DNA of 64,000 bases, from IMG/VR virus record IMGVR_UViG_3300027917_000018, positions 1 through 64,000 of that record; one strand, given 5' to 3'. Under the pieces are notes generated by a model. That model was not told the DNA's origin. It ran no database searches and saw nothing but the letters and a program-made list of their open reading frames with translations. A program made the translations under genes and the position numbers. This document shows, piece after piece, positions 1-8,901 of this stretch; position 1 is the stretch's first letter, and each line of letters starts with the position of its first letter. This DNA comes from a virus. Its lineage: Duplodnaviria > Caudoviricetes.

Positions 1-44
1 GCGCTCCCACACGCGGCGATGCCATTCCCAAGATCAAGTACTCG

Positions 45-614
45 ATGGAAAGCCGTCCCAAGGTTCAAGCGGGCGAACTTCCGAAAGAGCTGGTCGAAGG
101 CGTGGCACCCCAGCATAAGGCGCTGCTCGCAGGTTTGAAGGCCCAAGCATCTCAGGCTGCCGAAAGTGCGGATTTGTCGGCCAAGGCCGCCGAAAGCGCT
201 GTTCAGGCCCAGCTTGGCGATGAGGGTGTTCGCGAGTTCAGGCAGGAGAAGAAGACCCTCAAGAAAGTCGCCAAAAAGGTCGACACCAAGGTCGCCAAGC
301 CCGAGCCAACGCCGCCTGCCGCTGCTGTGGCTGAAGTTGCTGCTCCCGCCCAGGAGGAACAAGGTTTACCGGAGCCCGATCTTGGCGAGTCGCCGATCGT
401 CGGTGGTCTAGGCGATGAGGAGGCTGAAACGCAGGAGCCGCCGCTGCCGCCCGCCGCGAAGAAAAAGCGAGCCTCGAAGCCGAAAAAGAAAGTCCGGTGT
501 GAGGACTGCGGCCAGGAGTTCGACTACCCGGCGTGGTTGAAGCGCCACGTTCTGCGCCACCACCCCGAACGTTTACAGGCAGCCGCACCGCCCGCCGCCA
601 AGACAGCTCCGTAG
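45..614 (+). CDS. Pro/Ala/Glu/Lys-rich protein with C-terminal classical C2H2 zinc finger (probably 5'-truncated by the window)
   Basis: CEDCGQEFDYPAWLKRHVLRH fits C-x2-C-x3-F-x5-L-x2-H-x3-H. The frame is open with no stop back to position 3, so the true start may lie upstream. Confidence 0.7.
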   Translation: MESRPKVQAGELPKELVEGVAPQHKALLAGLKAQASQAAESADLSAKAAESAVQAQLGDEGVREFRQEKKTLKKVAKKVDTKVAKPEPTPPAAAVAEVAAPAQEEQGLPEPDLGESPIVGGLGDEEAETQEPPLPPAAKKKRASKPKKKVRCEDCGQEFDYPAWLKRHVLRHHPERLQAAAPPAAKTAP

Positions 615-624
615 ATACGGAGCT

Positions 625-840
625 ATGACCTACCGCGAAGCGTATTCCCTGCTGGAGCTTTTCGTTCAGCGCTGCTCCAGGCGCGCCCTTGCTGATCCAT
701 GCAACGCTAGAGCCTGGGAACGCGCAGCGCACATGGAATTGGAATTGGTGCGCCAGGAGGCCCTTAAAGAGGTTCCGCAGAGCCACAAGCCTCCAAAAAG
801 CGTGGACGACGAGGCGAATTCACAGGTTGGAGGTAGTTAA
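625..840 (+). CDS. hypothetical protein
   Basis: 71-aa ORF that fills the gap between flanking + strand genes. Confidence 0.55.
   Translation: MTYREAYSLLELFVQRCSRRALADPCNARAWERAAHMELELVRQEALKEVPQSHKPPKSVDDEANSQVGGS
834..840 (+). promoter_or_regulatory. TAGTTA-class start-proximal motif (gp13)
   Basis: TAGTTAA 3 nt before ATG 844. Confidence 0.55.
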
Positions 841-843
841 GGC

Positions 844-1617
844 ATGAGCTATTTCGGCCCAAGCAGTATCGCTTCTGATCCGGTCACGACGAGTGCCGAC
901 TCGCCGGATTCGCTGCCGATGTCCGGCTTCACGCAGGATCAGCTGGCCGACTACATTTTTCGCCAGTTGGGCGCTCCGACGTGGAACGTGGAACTGACCA
1001 AGCAACAGGTGCTTGATGGGATCAACGACGCCATGCGTCTGTTGAGTCAGTGGTGCCCGAGCTTTCAGGTGGCCCAATTCATCCTCGTGCGGGGCCAGTT
1101 CAAGTACCTGGAAAACGTAAACGTCGAACAGGGCGTGATCGACGTTCAGTTTGTCGAGCCCAATCCGGTGCCGACGGAGATTTTCTACGGAAACCTGATT
1201 AACCCGGCACCGCTGTTCAGACTTGGCCTCGACGAATACGACATTTTCCTCCGGTGGCGCAAGACCTGGCAGCGCGTGACGAGCGTGCGCCCCGACTGGT
1301 TCTACGATGAGGTCCGTCGGACGCTTTACATCCACAACCCAATCGAGCGGTACCAAGCCGCTGTTTTCTACTACGGTAACTGGACGGACATCTCGAAGGT
1401 GCCGTCGCATTACGCCCAGTGGCTCAAGGACTACGCCCTGGAGGCGTCGCGCTTCTTGCTGGGTGAGGTCTGGATGAAGTTCTCCGGGGCTATTCCGGGG
1501 CCGCTTCAAAATCTCCAGCTCGACCAGGCCAAACGGAATCTGGCGGCGGAACGCCTCAAGGAGCTGCGCGAGCAGATCAAGGGAATGCAGCGCGCCGCGC
1601 CGATCATGATTGATTAG
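844..1617 (+). CDS. gp13: neck/head-tail adaptor protein, T4 gp13-like
   Basis: QLADYIFRQLGAPTWNVELTKQQVLDGINDAM resembles the gp13-family N-terminus (L.DYI.R.LGAP..NVELT..Q+.D.I..A). Confidence 0.8.
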   Translation: MSYFGPSSIASDPVTTSADSPDSLPMSGFTQDQLADYIFRQLGAPTWNVELTKQQVLDGINDAMRLLSQWCPSFQVAQFILVRGQFKYLENVNVEQGVIDVQFVEPNPVPTEIFYGNLINPAPLFRLGLDEYDIFLRWRKTWQRVTSVRPDWFYDEVRRTLYIHNPIERYQAAVFYYGNWTDISKVPSHYAQWLKDYALEASRFLLGEVWMKFSGAIPGPLQNLQLDQAKRNLAAERLKELREQIKGMQRAAPIMID

Positions 1618-2924
1618 TGCTCGCCGAGCACCGGGCCAATACCTGGCTTCTCGTTTACCAGCACGTCGCCAAGCCGCCGAAGCTCCTCCAGCTTTTCTTC
1701 AGGCGAGTTCAAGCCTCCGATCGCCGTATAGACGACCATTGCCTCCTTGGAGCCGCTGTAAATGCCCCGGTGAACCATGCTGCCAGGCTTCAAGAGCCGT
1801 GTCAGCTGGTCGAACGCCTGGTCCAGGTGCTCGTGCGGGACCGAGCCGAGAATGGTGCGGCTGGCAATCACCACCGCTGCGCCGAGCGATCCGCTGCGCA
1901 GGTCCACGCCGCCGGAAAGGATGTTCTGCTTGAGATTTTCCCGGAGCGCGAAGCTGATCGCGGCAGCTTCCATCCATTTGGCGACCGGGGTGGCCCCAAA
2001 GACGATCATGCCGCTGTCCAGAATGGTTTTGAAGTCGTTCGGATCAAACGCCGTGTAGGACGACGCCTGCATGCAGACCGTGTTGAACAGATCGAACAGC
2101 GAACAGATGCTCATGTTGGCCCGCTGCCAAAACGGGTCGATGGCCAGGCCGGGGTACAGGGCACTGATGCGCTCGTTGTCGACCACGATCAGCGGCGAAA
2201 CGTAGCCTTTATCCACCAGCTCGCGCAGTTCGCGCAGGACCCAGTAGGCATTGGCGTTGACGCGCTTGCCTTCGGTGACTTTGGGCAGGGCCAGGACGAC
2301 GCCAACTTTGTCACTTGCGCACTTGTTGGCGATCTGAAGCTCGCGGGCGACGTGGACAAGCCCGACGACTGATCCCGCTCCAGTGCCGCCACCGGCTCCG
2401 GCGCAGATGACGGTTCGGTCATAAACCGGCCCGAAGCATCGGCGCATGAAGTCCAGCACATCCTCGCGCCGATCATGGAATATCTTGGCCGCAGCGGTGG
2501 GGTCCTTACCTGCGCCGCCGTCGCCGATCGCCATTTTATTGGGCTCCGGTAGCTTCAGGGTTGTTAGGTCCTGCTTGGCCGTGTTGATTGCGCAAACGCG
2601 CCGGTAACCAAGCTGGTAAAAGGTCTGCGCCAGGCGTGATCCGCCTTGGCCCGCGCCGATAAAGGCGAACCGGAAAGCGGTTTTCTTGCCATCGGCAATC
2701 TCGACGCGTTCCTGGATTTCCGGCATTGGAATGTCCGGCATCTCCACATCATAGGCGGCGTCAACGGGCTCCGGCTGGGCCGTATCCTCGACCGCAGGGG
2801 CGGGCTCTTGGACCGCTTCTTGAGTCTCTGGAGCGGACGCAGTGATTTCGGCAGTCTGCGGAGCCGTTGTTCCAGGGGCGGGAGCCGGATGCGGCATCGC
2901 TTCAATTTTCTTCTCTTCGCTCAT
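1614..2924 (-). CDS. tubulin/FtsZ-family GTPase (PhuZ/TubZ-like)
   Basis: Nucleotide-binding motifs FIGAGQGGSRLA, AINT, GAGKD and tubulin signature GAGGGTGAG; T7-loop-like FDPND; ~75-aa acidic/Pro-rich N-terminal extension. Confidence 0.9.
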   Translation of the reverse strand: MSEEKKIEAMPHPAPAPGTTAPQTAEITASAPETQEAVQEPAPAVEDTAQPEPVDAAYDVEMPDIPMPEIQERVEIADGKKTAFRFAFIGAGQGGSRLAQTFYQLGYRRVCAINTAKQDLTTLKLPEPNKMAIGDGGAGKDPTAAAKIFHDRREDVLDFMRRCFGPVYDRTVICAGAGGGTGAGSVVGLVHVARELQIANKCASDKVGVVLALPKVTEGKRVNANAYWVLRELRELVDKGYVSPLIVVDNERISALYPGLAIDPFWQRANMSICSLFDLFNTVCMQASSYTAFDPNDFKTILDSGMIVFGATPVAKWMEAAAISFALRENLKQNILSGGVDLRSGSLGAAVVIASRTILGSVPHEHLDQAFDQLTRLLKPGSMVHRGIYSGSKEAMVVYTAIGGLNSPEEKLEELRRLGDVLVNEKPGIGPVLGEH

Positions 2925-2926
2925 AA

Positions 2927-3292
2927 TCAGTTCGTTTCTCCGGTGTCTTTTATGACCTCAACGGCTCGGTCGTCCCAAAGTTCGGTCATGCCGGGGTCCT
3001 TCTCGTTGGTGACCTCCAGGTCGCCGAGACCGTGCTTCTTGAGCCACGCTTTGATCGGCGCAAGGTTCTTCTTTTCGGAGGCTCGCGCCGTGAAAATCTT
3101 TACCGTCTTTCCGGCCTTGCGCCAACGGCGTATGCGTTCGGCCATCTTGGCTACCGGCGGCCCGATCTTTTCAGGATCAAAAGTCCCTTTCACCGTTTTG
3201 GCCAGCGTGCCATCCAAATCGACGCCGATCCACGGCTCGATCTTTTTCTCTAGCAAATCACTGGCTAGTCGATAGCTCTCTTCGTAACGCAT
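2927..3292 (-). CDS. HAD-superfamily phosphatase-like protein
   Basis: HAD motif I IGVDLDGT, motif II IFTAR, C-terminal WDD. Start moved to the ATG at 3292 because the longer ORF overlaps the upstream gene. Confidence 0.75.
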   Translation of the reverse strand: MRYEESYRLASDLLEKKIEPWIGVDLDGTLAKTVKGTFDPEKIGPPVAKMAERIRRWRKAGKTVKIFTARASEKKNLAPIKAWLKKHGLGDLEVTNEKDPGMTELWDDRAVEVIKDTGETN

Positions 3293-3297
3293 TTTGT

Positions 3298-3576
3298 TTA
3301 CGTTTTTAAGTCGCAAGCCACCAGCCGCGCCGTCCGGTCTTCCGGCAGGACAAAAACGGCCAGACTGCGAACCTCGGCGTCGACGTTGGTCGCTTCGGTC
3401 TCGTCGATTTCCCTGCATTCCACAGGGATGTCCTGCCAGATCGGGCGCAGGCTACGCTTGACCGCCAGAGCCAGTGCCGCCAGCGGCGTCACGACTATCC
3501 GAGCTGGTCTGCGCTTGTGCTTCGCCTCGAACTGGTTCAGCAACTGGCTGAGCACCTTCTCCGCTGTTTGATTCAT
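3298..3576 (-). CDS. hypothetical protein
   Basis: 92-aa ORF with protein-like composition, ending just before the HAD start. Confidence 0.55.
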   Translation of the reverse strand: MNQTAEKVLSQLLNQFEAKHKRRPARIVVTPLAALALAVKRSLRPIWQDIPVECREIDETEATNVDAEVRSLAVFVLPEDRTARLVACDLKT

Positions 3577-3736
3577 GTCTGGTGGCCATCAGCTCGTCGG
3601 CGTGCTTAAGCAGATGGCCGGTCAAAGCTAAATACTCTTGGAGCAGCCCCGCCATGCCGATAAGCGGCGAGACCTGGCTGCTGAGCTGGGCCGCCTTGAG
3701 CTTCAAGGCCATGTGGGTTTGTTGCGTTTTGTCCAT
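3452..3736 (-). CDS. hypothetical protein (overlaps the previous ORF by 125 nt)
   Basis: ATG divergent from 3756 with a GTTCTAA motif upstream; amphipathic N-terminal half. Confidence 0.4.
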   Translation of the reverse strand: MDKTQQTHMALKLKAAQLSSQVSPLIGMAGLLQEYLALTGHLLKHADELMATRHESNSGEGAQPVAEPVRGEAQAQTSSDSRDAAGGTGSGGQA

Positions 3737-3755
3737 TTCCGTTCTTTAGAACCGT

Positions 3756-5309
3756 ATGTCGCCAACTTTTTCGCTGATCTACACGAGCGTCCGGCCACAG
3801 ATGATTGGACCTATCCTCGCCACCTGGGTCGAACGCTGCGCCAACAAGGAAGCCATCGAAATCATTCTGACCGTCGACGGTCCAGATGAAGGCTCCAAAG
3901 CGGTGGCCGCCGACCTGGCCACCAAAATGCCCATGCTGCGCTGGTTTGAGCAGCCCGAGGGGCCGTTCAACTGCGTCAAGGGCTGGAACCTGGCAGCCTC
4001 GAAAGCCACCGGCAAAGTGTTCGTCCAGGTGACCGACGACATGATGCCGCCGCAGCACTGGGACGAGGAACTGCTGAAGCTTAAGCCCGAAGGGTGGATT
4101 GACGGCGAGTTCGCCGTTCACGTGGAGGACGGCTATGTCCACGACCTCATGGTCTTAGCTATCATCACCCGCAAGCGCTACGAGCGGTTCGGTTACTTCT
4201 TCTACCCGGATTACGAGAGCATGTTTTGCGACACCGAGCTGACCACAGTCGCCTACCGGGACAAGGTGGTCATCAACGCCAAGCACCTGCTCTTCGAGCA
4301 CATGCACCCGGACGCGCAAAAGCGTAAACGGGACAAGGTTGATCTGGTCCACGCGTCCAAGGAGCGCTGGGTGCGCGGCGAGACGCTTTTCAACCACCGC
4401 CGGGAACGCAATTTTCCAATCGATGTGGGACCCCAGGCGGACAAGACAGCCAAGCCGGTAGGCTACAAGTTTTGCGTTTACACTCAGGCCACCCGCGACG
4501 ATTTCTGCCTACTGGAGGTCGGCAAGCGCATGATGGAGGAAGGCGTCAACGATTTCTTCTTCAGTATTCCAGACGAGTACTGGGCGGGCCGCCCGACGCC
4601 GGAAGAAAACATGTCGCAGGTCGAGCAGGTTGCCCAGCAGTTGCGGCAGCTCGGGGCCAACGTGCGCACCATGCGCCATCCAGTCAGGAAGTACCGCTGG
4701 CCCGGCGACAGCCGGATTACAGTTGAGACCCGCGTGCGCAATGACGCTCTGGCTGAGATTCGTCGGGCAGGATTCGAGCATGTGCTGATCGTCGATGGGG
4801 ACGAGCTGTGGAAGCGCGGCACCCTGAACTACGTTAGAAAGGTTCTCGATGAGTGGCATCCGCTTTCCATCAACTGCCTCATGATCCCCGTCGTGGGCCT
4901 GCCAGGTTACCCCATCGACGGGGCTACCGATGTGGCCGTGATCTACCTTAACTCAAAGGTTCCCTTCAAGGAATGCCGCACGCCCCACGGTGATCAGTTT
5001 CGGCTGCAAATGCCACAGGTTGTCCACTTTACCGGCACCAGAAAGACGATGGAGGAAACGATCCAGAAGCATCTGGACAGCGGCCACTACGACGATCCCG
5101 AGTACGATTTCGACTACTGGATCAAAAACGTCCTGCCCAACATTAAGCCTGGCTATCGTCACACGTTCCCGGACGGCCAGGTCGGCATCCACATGTTCAA
5201 GCGCTATCAAATCTGGCCTTCTGTTCGGCACTGGATGCCGGAAGAGGTCACGCAGTTGCCGCAGGCGCTTCATCCCTATCTCGGTATCGAGCAGCCTGCG
5301 ACCCCGTGA
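3756..5309 (+). CDS. two-domain GT-A fold (GT2-like) glycosyltransferase
   Basis: SLIYTSVRP...ILTVDG...NCVKGWNLAA...VQVTDD...YESMFCDTEL; second domain with VLIVDGDELW (DxD). Confidence 0.8.
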   Translation: MSPTFSLIYTSVRPQMIGPILATWVERCANKEAIEIILTVDGPDEGSKAVAADLATKMPMLRWFEQPEGPFNCVKGWNLAASKATGKVFVQVTDDMMPPQHWDEELLKLKPEGWIDGEFAVHVEDGYVHDLMVLAIITRKRYERFGYFFYPDYESMFCDTELTTVAYRDKVVINAKHLLFEHMHPDAQKRKRDKVDLVHASKERWVRGETLFNHRRERNFPIDVGPQADKTAKPVGYKFCVYTQATRDDFCLLEVGKRMMEEGVNDFFFSIPDEYWAGRPTPEENMSQVEQVAQQLRQLGANVRTMRHPVRKYRWPGDSRITVETRVRNDALAEIRRAGFEHVLIVDGDELWKRGTLNYVRKVLDEWHPLSINCLMIPVVGLPGYPIDGATDVAVIYLNSKVPFKECRTPHGDQFRLQMPQVVHFTGTRKTMEETIQKHLDSGHYDDPEYDFDYWIKNVLPNIKPGYRHTFPDGQVGIHMFKRYQIWPSVRHWMPEEVTQLPQALHPYLGIEQPATP

Positions 5310-5310
5310 G

Positions 5311-5640
5311 ATGCTTCGGCCAAAATACCCGAATCGGAGAACTTACCGGCCCAACTTCCCGCTGGCCAAGGCCGACGAGGAGCTGCGGCTTTTGCACGGG
5401 ACAATTACGGGCCGCGACGCAGAGCAGGCAATCCTGGACTATCTGCGTGAGCACCTGGGCGAACCCATCTTGTCGTGGAAGGTCTGCTACGAGCTATGCG
5501 TAAGCCGCCGACCTTTGATTCGCAAAGAGCAGGTTTTCTACCGGAGGCAGATGACGCGGCTGATAGCCGAACGGAAGGTGGTGAGGTACCACCGGGGCCG
5601 TTTCCGGGACAAAGTCAGGATTTCTGAGGCTTGGGTTTAG
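5311..5640 (+). CDS. basic hypothetical protein, possibly winged-helix DNA-binding
   Basis: Arg-rich 109-aa ORF from the ATG at 5311, directly after the GT stop. Confidence 0.55.
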   Translation: MLRPKYPNRRTYRPNFPLAKADEELRLLHGTITGRDAEQAILDYLREHLGEPILSWKVCYELCVSRRPLIRKEQVFYRRQMTRLIAERKVVRYHRGRFRDKVRISEAWV

Positions 5641-5642
5641 CT

Positions 5643-6902
5643 ATGCAATCGATTCAAAACACACAATGGCAGGTGGCGACGTTCAATGCGCCCGTCGTTT
5701 TCAACCGCGACCGCGAGGAAACCTGGTTCATGAACCCGGTTCGCCGCTACGTCTTCAACGGGCACCACCTTGCCAAGCTACAAGAGCACATCGAAACGGT
5801 CTCCGATATACGCGGTTGCGCGGACTATAGACCGCTCCAGGCGGGTGCGGCGTTGAACGGCAGGCGTATTTTCGTCGAGCGTTTTCGGGATCGCGGAATT
5901 GGCGATCTGCTCTTTTTGACCGGCCCGTTATCCTTGATGCAGCACCTGAGCGGCGGTACGGCCAAGTTTCACGTCTACGCTTTTGCGGATCGCGGCCAGG
6001 TGCTTCAGCACAGCCCGTTTTTAGAGCACGGCACGGTGTTTGTTGGCCCCACGCACTACGACGACTTCAGGCATTATGCCTATCAGTGGCTCGTGGACAG
6101 CGCCACCGAGTCCTGCCAAGAAGGCGATCAGCACAACGTCTACGACGCGCTTTATGCTCAACTCGGAATGGACCCAAATAGGATCGAGCCGCGCTGGAAG
6201 CGGCCCGTAATGTCCATTCACCCCAGCGAGCTGGACGGTCTGAACCAATTCTTCTTTCGGCGCTGGCTTGACCGGCATATTGACCTACGGACTAGCGGCT
6301 ATTACGTCGTTGCTCCGTTTACCCATTCACCGATGCGCCTGCCCGGCTATCAGTTCTGGCAGACCGTGATCAAGGACCTGAGTCAAAGGCGGCCCGTAAT
6401 CGTGATCGGCAACCCCAAGGCCGGTATTCCACACATGGACATGGACCCAGCGGACTTTGTGGCCAGCCTCGATGAAATGGGCGAAAACGTAATCAACCTC
6501 ATCCCCGAAGACGTGAGCCCGACGCTCCGGTTCGTTTGCGTTTTGATCGCAAGCGCCAACTGCGTTGTTTGCCCGGATACCGGCCCGTTATACATCGCGC
6601 AGGCCAATCGGACGCCAGCCATCAGCATTTGGGGTCCACACGATCCACGCGTGCGCATCGGATACGACCAGGACTACATGGATTTGGCCATTTGGAAGCC
6701 CGATTCGTGCCTGTACGCGCCCTGTTTTTGTTTCGGATCGTTCCCCGAGCGAAAGTGCCCCGAGGGCGGCGGACAAAAAATCTGCGAGGTCATCAAGGCA
6801 GTCTCACCGAACGACGTTCTAGCTCTGTTGGAAAGGGTCGAGTTTCGCCACCCGAGGCAAATCGGCGTTTTGAAACCGCGACAACCTGAAAACGAGTCAT
6901 GA
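5643..6902 (+). CDS. GT9-like (heptosyltransferase-family, GT-B) glycosyltransferase
   Basis: RGIGDLLFLTG and VVCPDTGPLYIAQANRTPAISIWGPHDP match GT9 motifs (GIGD; DTGPxHxA.A...P.+.++GP..P). Confidence 0.8.
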   Translation: MQSIQNTQWQVATFNAPVVFNRDREETWFMNPVRRYVFNGHHLAKLQEHIETVSDIRGCADYRPLQAGAALNGRRIFVERFRDRGIGDLLFLTGPLSLMQHLSGGTAKFHVYAFADRGQVLQHSPFLEHGTVFVGPTHYDDFRHYAYQWLVDSATESCQEGDQHNVYDALYAQLGMDPNRIEPRWKRPVMSIHPSELDGLNQFFFRRWLDRHIDLRTSGYYVVAPFTHSPMRLPGYQFWQTVIKDLSQRRPVIVIGNPKAGIPHMDMDPADFVASLDEMGENVINLIPEDVSPTLRFVCVLIASANCVVCPDTGPLYIAQANRTPAISIWGPHDPRVRIGYDQDYMDLAIWKPDSCLYAPCFCFGSFPERKCPEGGGQKICEVIKAVSPNDVLALLERVEFRHPRQIGVLKPRQPENES

Positions 6903-7354
6903 GCAGAAGACAAGGCCGCACCATACCGCACACACCGGTCATCAAGATCGGCAACGTGACCGTCGACGTGGAGTACTGGCTGACGCTGGAATACCGCGAC
7001 ATCGGCGACGCCTCCGTGGACCTGCCATCGGTAATTGAGTGGTTCAATTACCAACACCAGGTCCATTTGGAGGAAAAGATGCAGACTGAGGGTGAACTGG
7101 CCAGGGCCAAGGCCGAAGCCTACTTCGCCCTCAAGGACGGCGAGTTCGTCCGCCGTGGCTACGGCCAGAAGCCCACGGAGGCTTCGTTGGACCACGCCGT
7201 TGAGCTGGACGATAAAGTCATGCGCCTTCGGGACAGGGTGGCCACGTTAACAGGTTGGGTTGATCGCTTCAGGAACATCCAAAAAAGTCTCCAGTTCAAG
7301 TTGGAGCTTGTCCGTTCTAACGAAGCGACACGCCGGAAAATCCTGGATAACTAG
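6899..7354 (+). CDS. UvsY-like recombination mediator
   Basis: Helical 151-aa protein with AEAY...KPTEASLDHAVELDDKV pattern, directly upstream of the SSB and RecA genes. Confidence 0.6.
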   Translation: MSRRQGRTIPHTPVIKIGNVTVDVEYWLTLEYRDIGDASVDLPSVIEWFNYQHQVHLEEKMQTEGELARAKAEAYFALKDGEFVRRGYGQKPTEASLDHAVELDDKVMRLRDRVATLTGWVDRFRNIQKSLQFKLELVRSNEATRRKILDN

Positions 7355-7389
7355 CGACGACCGGCCCGTAACAACGAAACAACGGACCT

Positions 7390-8883
7390 ATGAGCAAAAT
7401 CATCACAGCAGCAGACGACATTGAGAGGTTTCTCGATAGCGAGAAGGACTTCTCGGACAAGCTGACCGGAACCAAGGCGCTCCGCGTCAAACTCGAAGAA
7501 AACGGGGACGCATGGCTTGTGCGTTTCCTTCCAGTAGCCCTGGGCAAGAGCGGGCGCTGGTACATCCGCACAGCCAAGCATTGGTTTCGCCGCCGACCCG
7601 TTGTGTGCCCAAGGCACATGCCGGAAGATTTCGGCGGCGATCCGAACGCTGAGTGCCCGGTGTGCGATTTGTCCTCCGAGCTTCGGGACGAAACGCACGA
7701 GGAGCTGAACAACATCGGCTTCGAGATTCGGCCCACCCTCGCCTACCTGACGTACTGCTTGGTTTACAAAACCGAGACCCGGCGGGGTGGCATTCGGGAG
7801 ATGCGCCCGGAGGACATCCTGGTGCCGTGGGAATTTCAGCTCTACAAGGGCACCTTCGACGAGCTGAGCGACTATTATCGCCGTGGACGGACCGAATCCA
7901 GACCGCTCAGTGTTTTGGACCTCAAGCGCGGCAACGACTTTTGGGCCACCAAAACCAAGAAAGGCATCCGCCTCGACAAGGACGATCCAGGCCCTGCTTT
8001 CGCCAAAGACGTGTTTGAGGAGGCCATCAACGCTGTCTTCAGCGCGATCAAGGAGCCCAGGATCAAGCTGGACCCGCTGAAGGCACTGGAAACCTTTGCC
8101 CGCAAGTGCCGAGCGGAAGCCTACGGCGAGGGCGAACCGGAAAGCAGAACCCGCCGGGCTGGCCGTGCCTCCGGTTACGACGAAACGGACGAGGACGAGG
8201 GCAAGGGTCGTCACGGACGAGGTCGCCGGGGCGACGATGATGACGACGATCGTGGCAGCTCGCGTGGCCGCCATGACGACGAAGAGCGGTCGTCCAGGCG
8301 CTCGCGGGACGAGGAAGAGCCCGAAGACAGGGGTTCACGCCGCAGCCGACAGCGCGAGGAAGAGCCCGAAGACAGGGGTTCACGCCGCAGCCGACGGGAT
8401 GACGACGATCGTGGCAGCTCGCGTGGCCGCTCCGATTACCGAGCCGAAGACGACGAACCCCGTGGCCGTGGCCGTCGGGAAGACGATGACCGCCAGGAGC
8501 GTTCCAGCCGCCGAAGCCGTGAAGACGACGATCAGGTGCCTGGAGCGGAGGTTCCTCCAAAGACCGCTGAATCGGTTCGTTCCGGTAAAACGGCCAGGTC
8601 GGTCCGTGGGGAAGACGATGTTAACGAGGAAGAAGATAGCGGCGTGACCGAAGAGGACAAGGATCAGGCTCCGCCGCGCCGTGGTAAAATTCAAGGCGAC
8701 GAAGAGCCGCCGGAGGACGATCGCCGCGAGTCGGAAGGTGAGGCGGAAGAAGGCGCTGAACGTGACGAAGGCCAGGAAGACCAGGAAGACCGCCGCAGCA
8801 GTTCGGCAGGGTCCGTTGGTGGGCGCAGCGGAAGCCGTGGCAGCTCGCTTAAGGACCGTATCCGCCGAGTAACCAGGCACTAA
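7390..8883 (+). CDS. gp32-like single-stranded DNA-binding protein with long R/D/E/S-rich disordered tail
   Basis: VRFLP...HW...VCP...CPVC core typical of gp32-like SSBs; C-terminal ~250 aa are low complexity. Confidence 0.75.
   Translation: MSKIITAADDIERFLDSEKDFSDKLTGTKALRVKLEENGDAWLVRFLPVALGKSGRWYIRTAKHWFRRRPVVCPRHMPEDFGGDPNAECPVCDLSSELRDETHEELNNIGFEIRPTLAYLTYCLVYKTETRRGGIREMRPEDILVPWEFQLYKGTFDELSDYYRRGRTESRPLSVLDLKRGNDFWATKTKKGIRLDKDDPGPAFAKDVFEEAINAVFSAIKEPRIKLDPLKALETFARKCRAEAYGEGEPESRTRRAGRASGYDETDEDEGKGRHGRGRRGDDDDDDRGSSRGRHDDEERSSRRSRDEEEPEDRGSRRSRQREEEPEDRGSRRSRRDDDDRGSSRGRSDYRAEDDEPRGRGRREDDDRQERSSRRSREDDDQVPGAEVPPKTAESVRSGKTARSVRGEDDVNEEEDSGVTEEDKDQAPPRRGKIQGDEEPPEDDRRESEGEAEEGAERDEGQEDQEDRRSSSAGSVGGRSGSRGSSLKDRIRRVTRH
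8239..8430 (+). repeat. intragenic direct repeats in the SSB tail
   Basis: 40-bp gaggaagagcccgaagacaggggttcacgccgcagccgac at 8311 and 8356 (45-bp period), flanked by 33-bp gatgacgacgatcgtggcagctcgcgtggccgc at 8239 and 8398. Confidence 0.9.
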
Positions 8884-8901
8884 CCCTCAACCGACCGTCC
8901 T

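Noticed and set aside
1614-2924. Calling the tubulin host ftsZ, or the window a bacterial chromosome
   Set aside because: No dcw-cluster context, FtsZ-specific motifs and C-terminal peptide are absent, and all neighbours are phage genes.
8239-8430. Direct repeats as a possible CRISPR mini-array
   Set aside because: In-frame coding duplications with 5-nt or irregular spacers, non-palindromic, and no cas genes.
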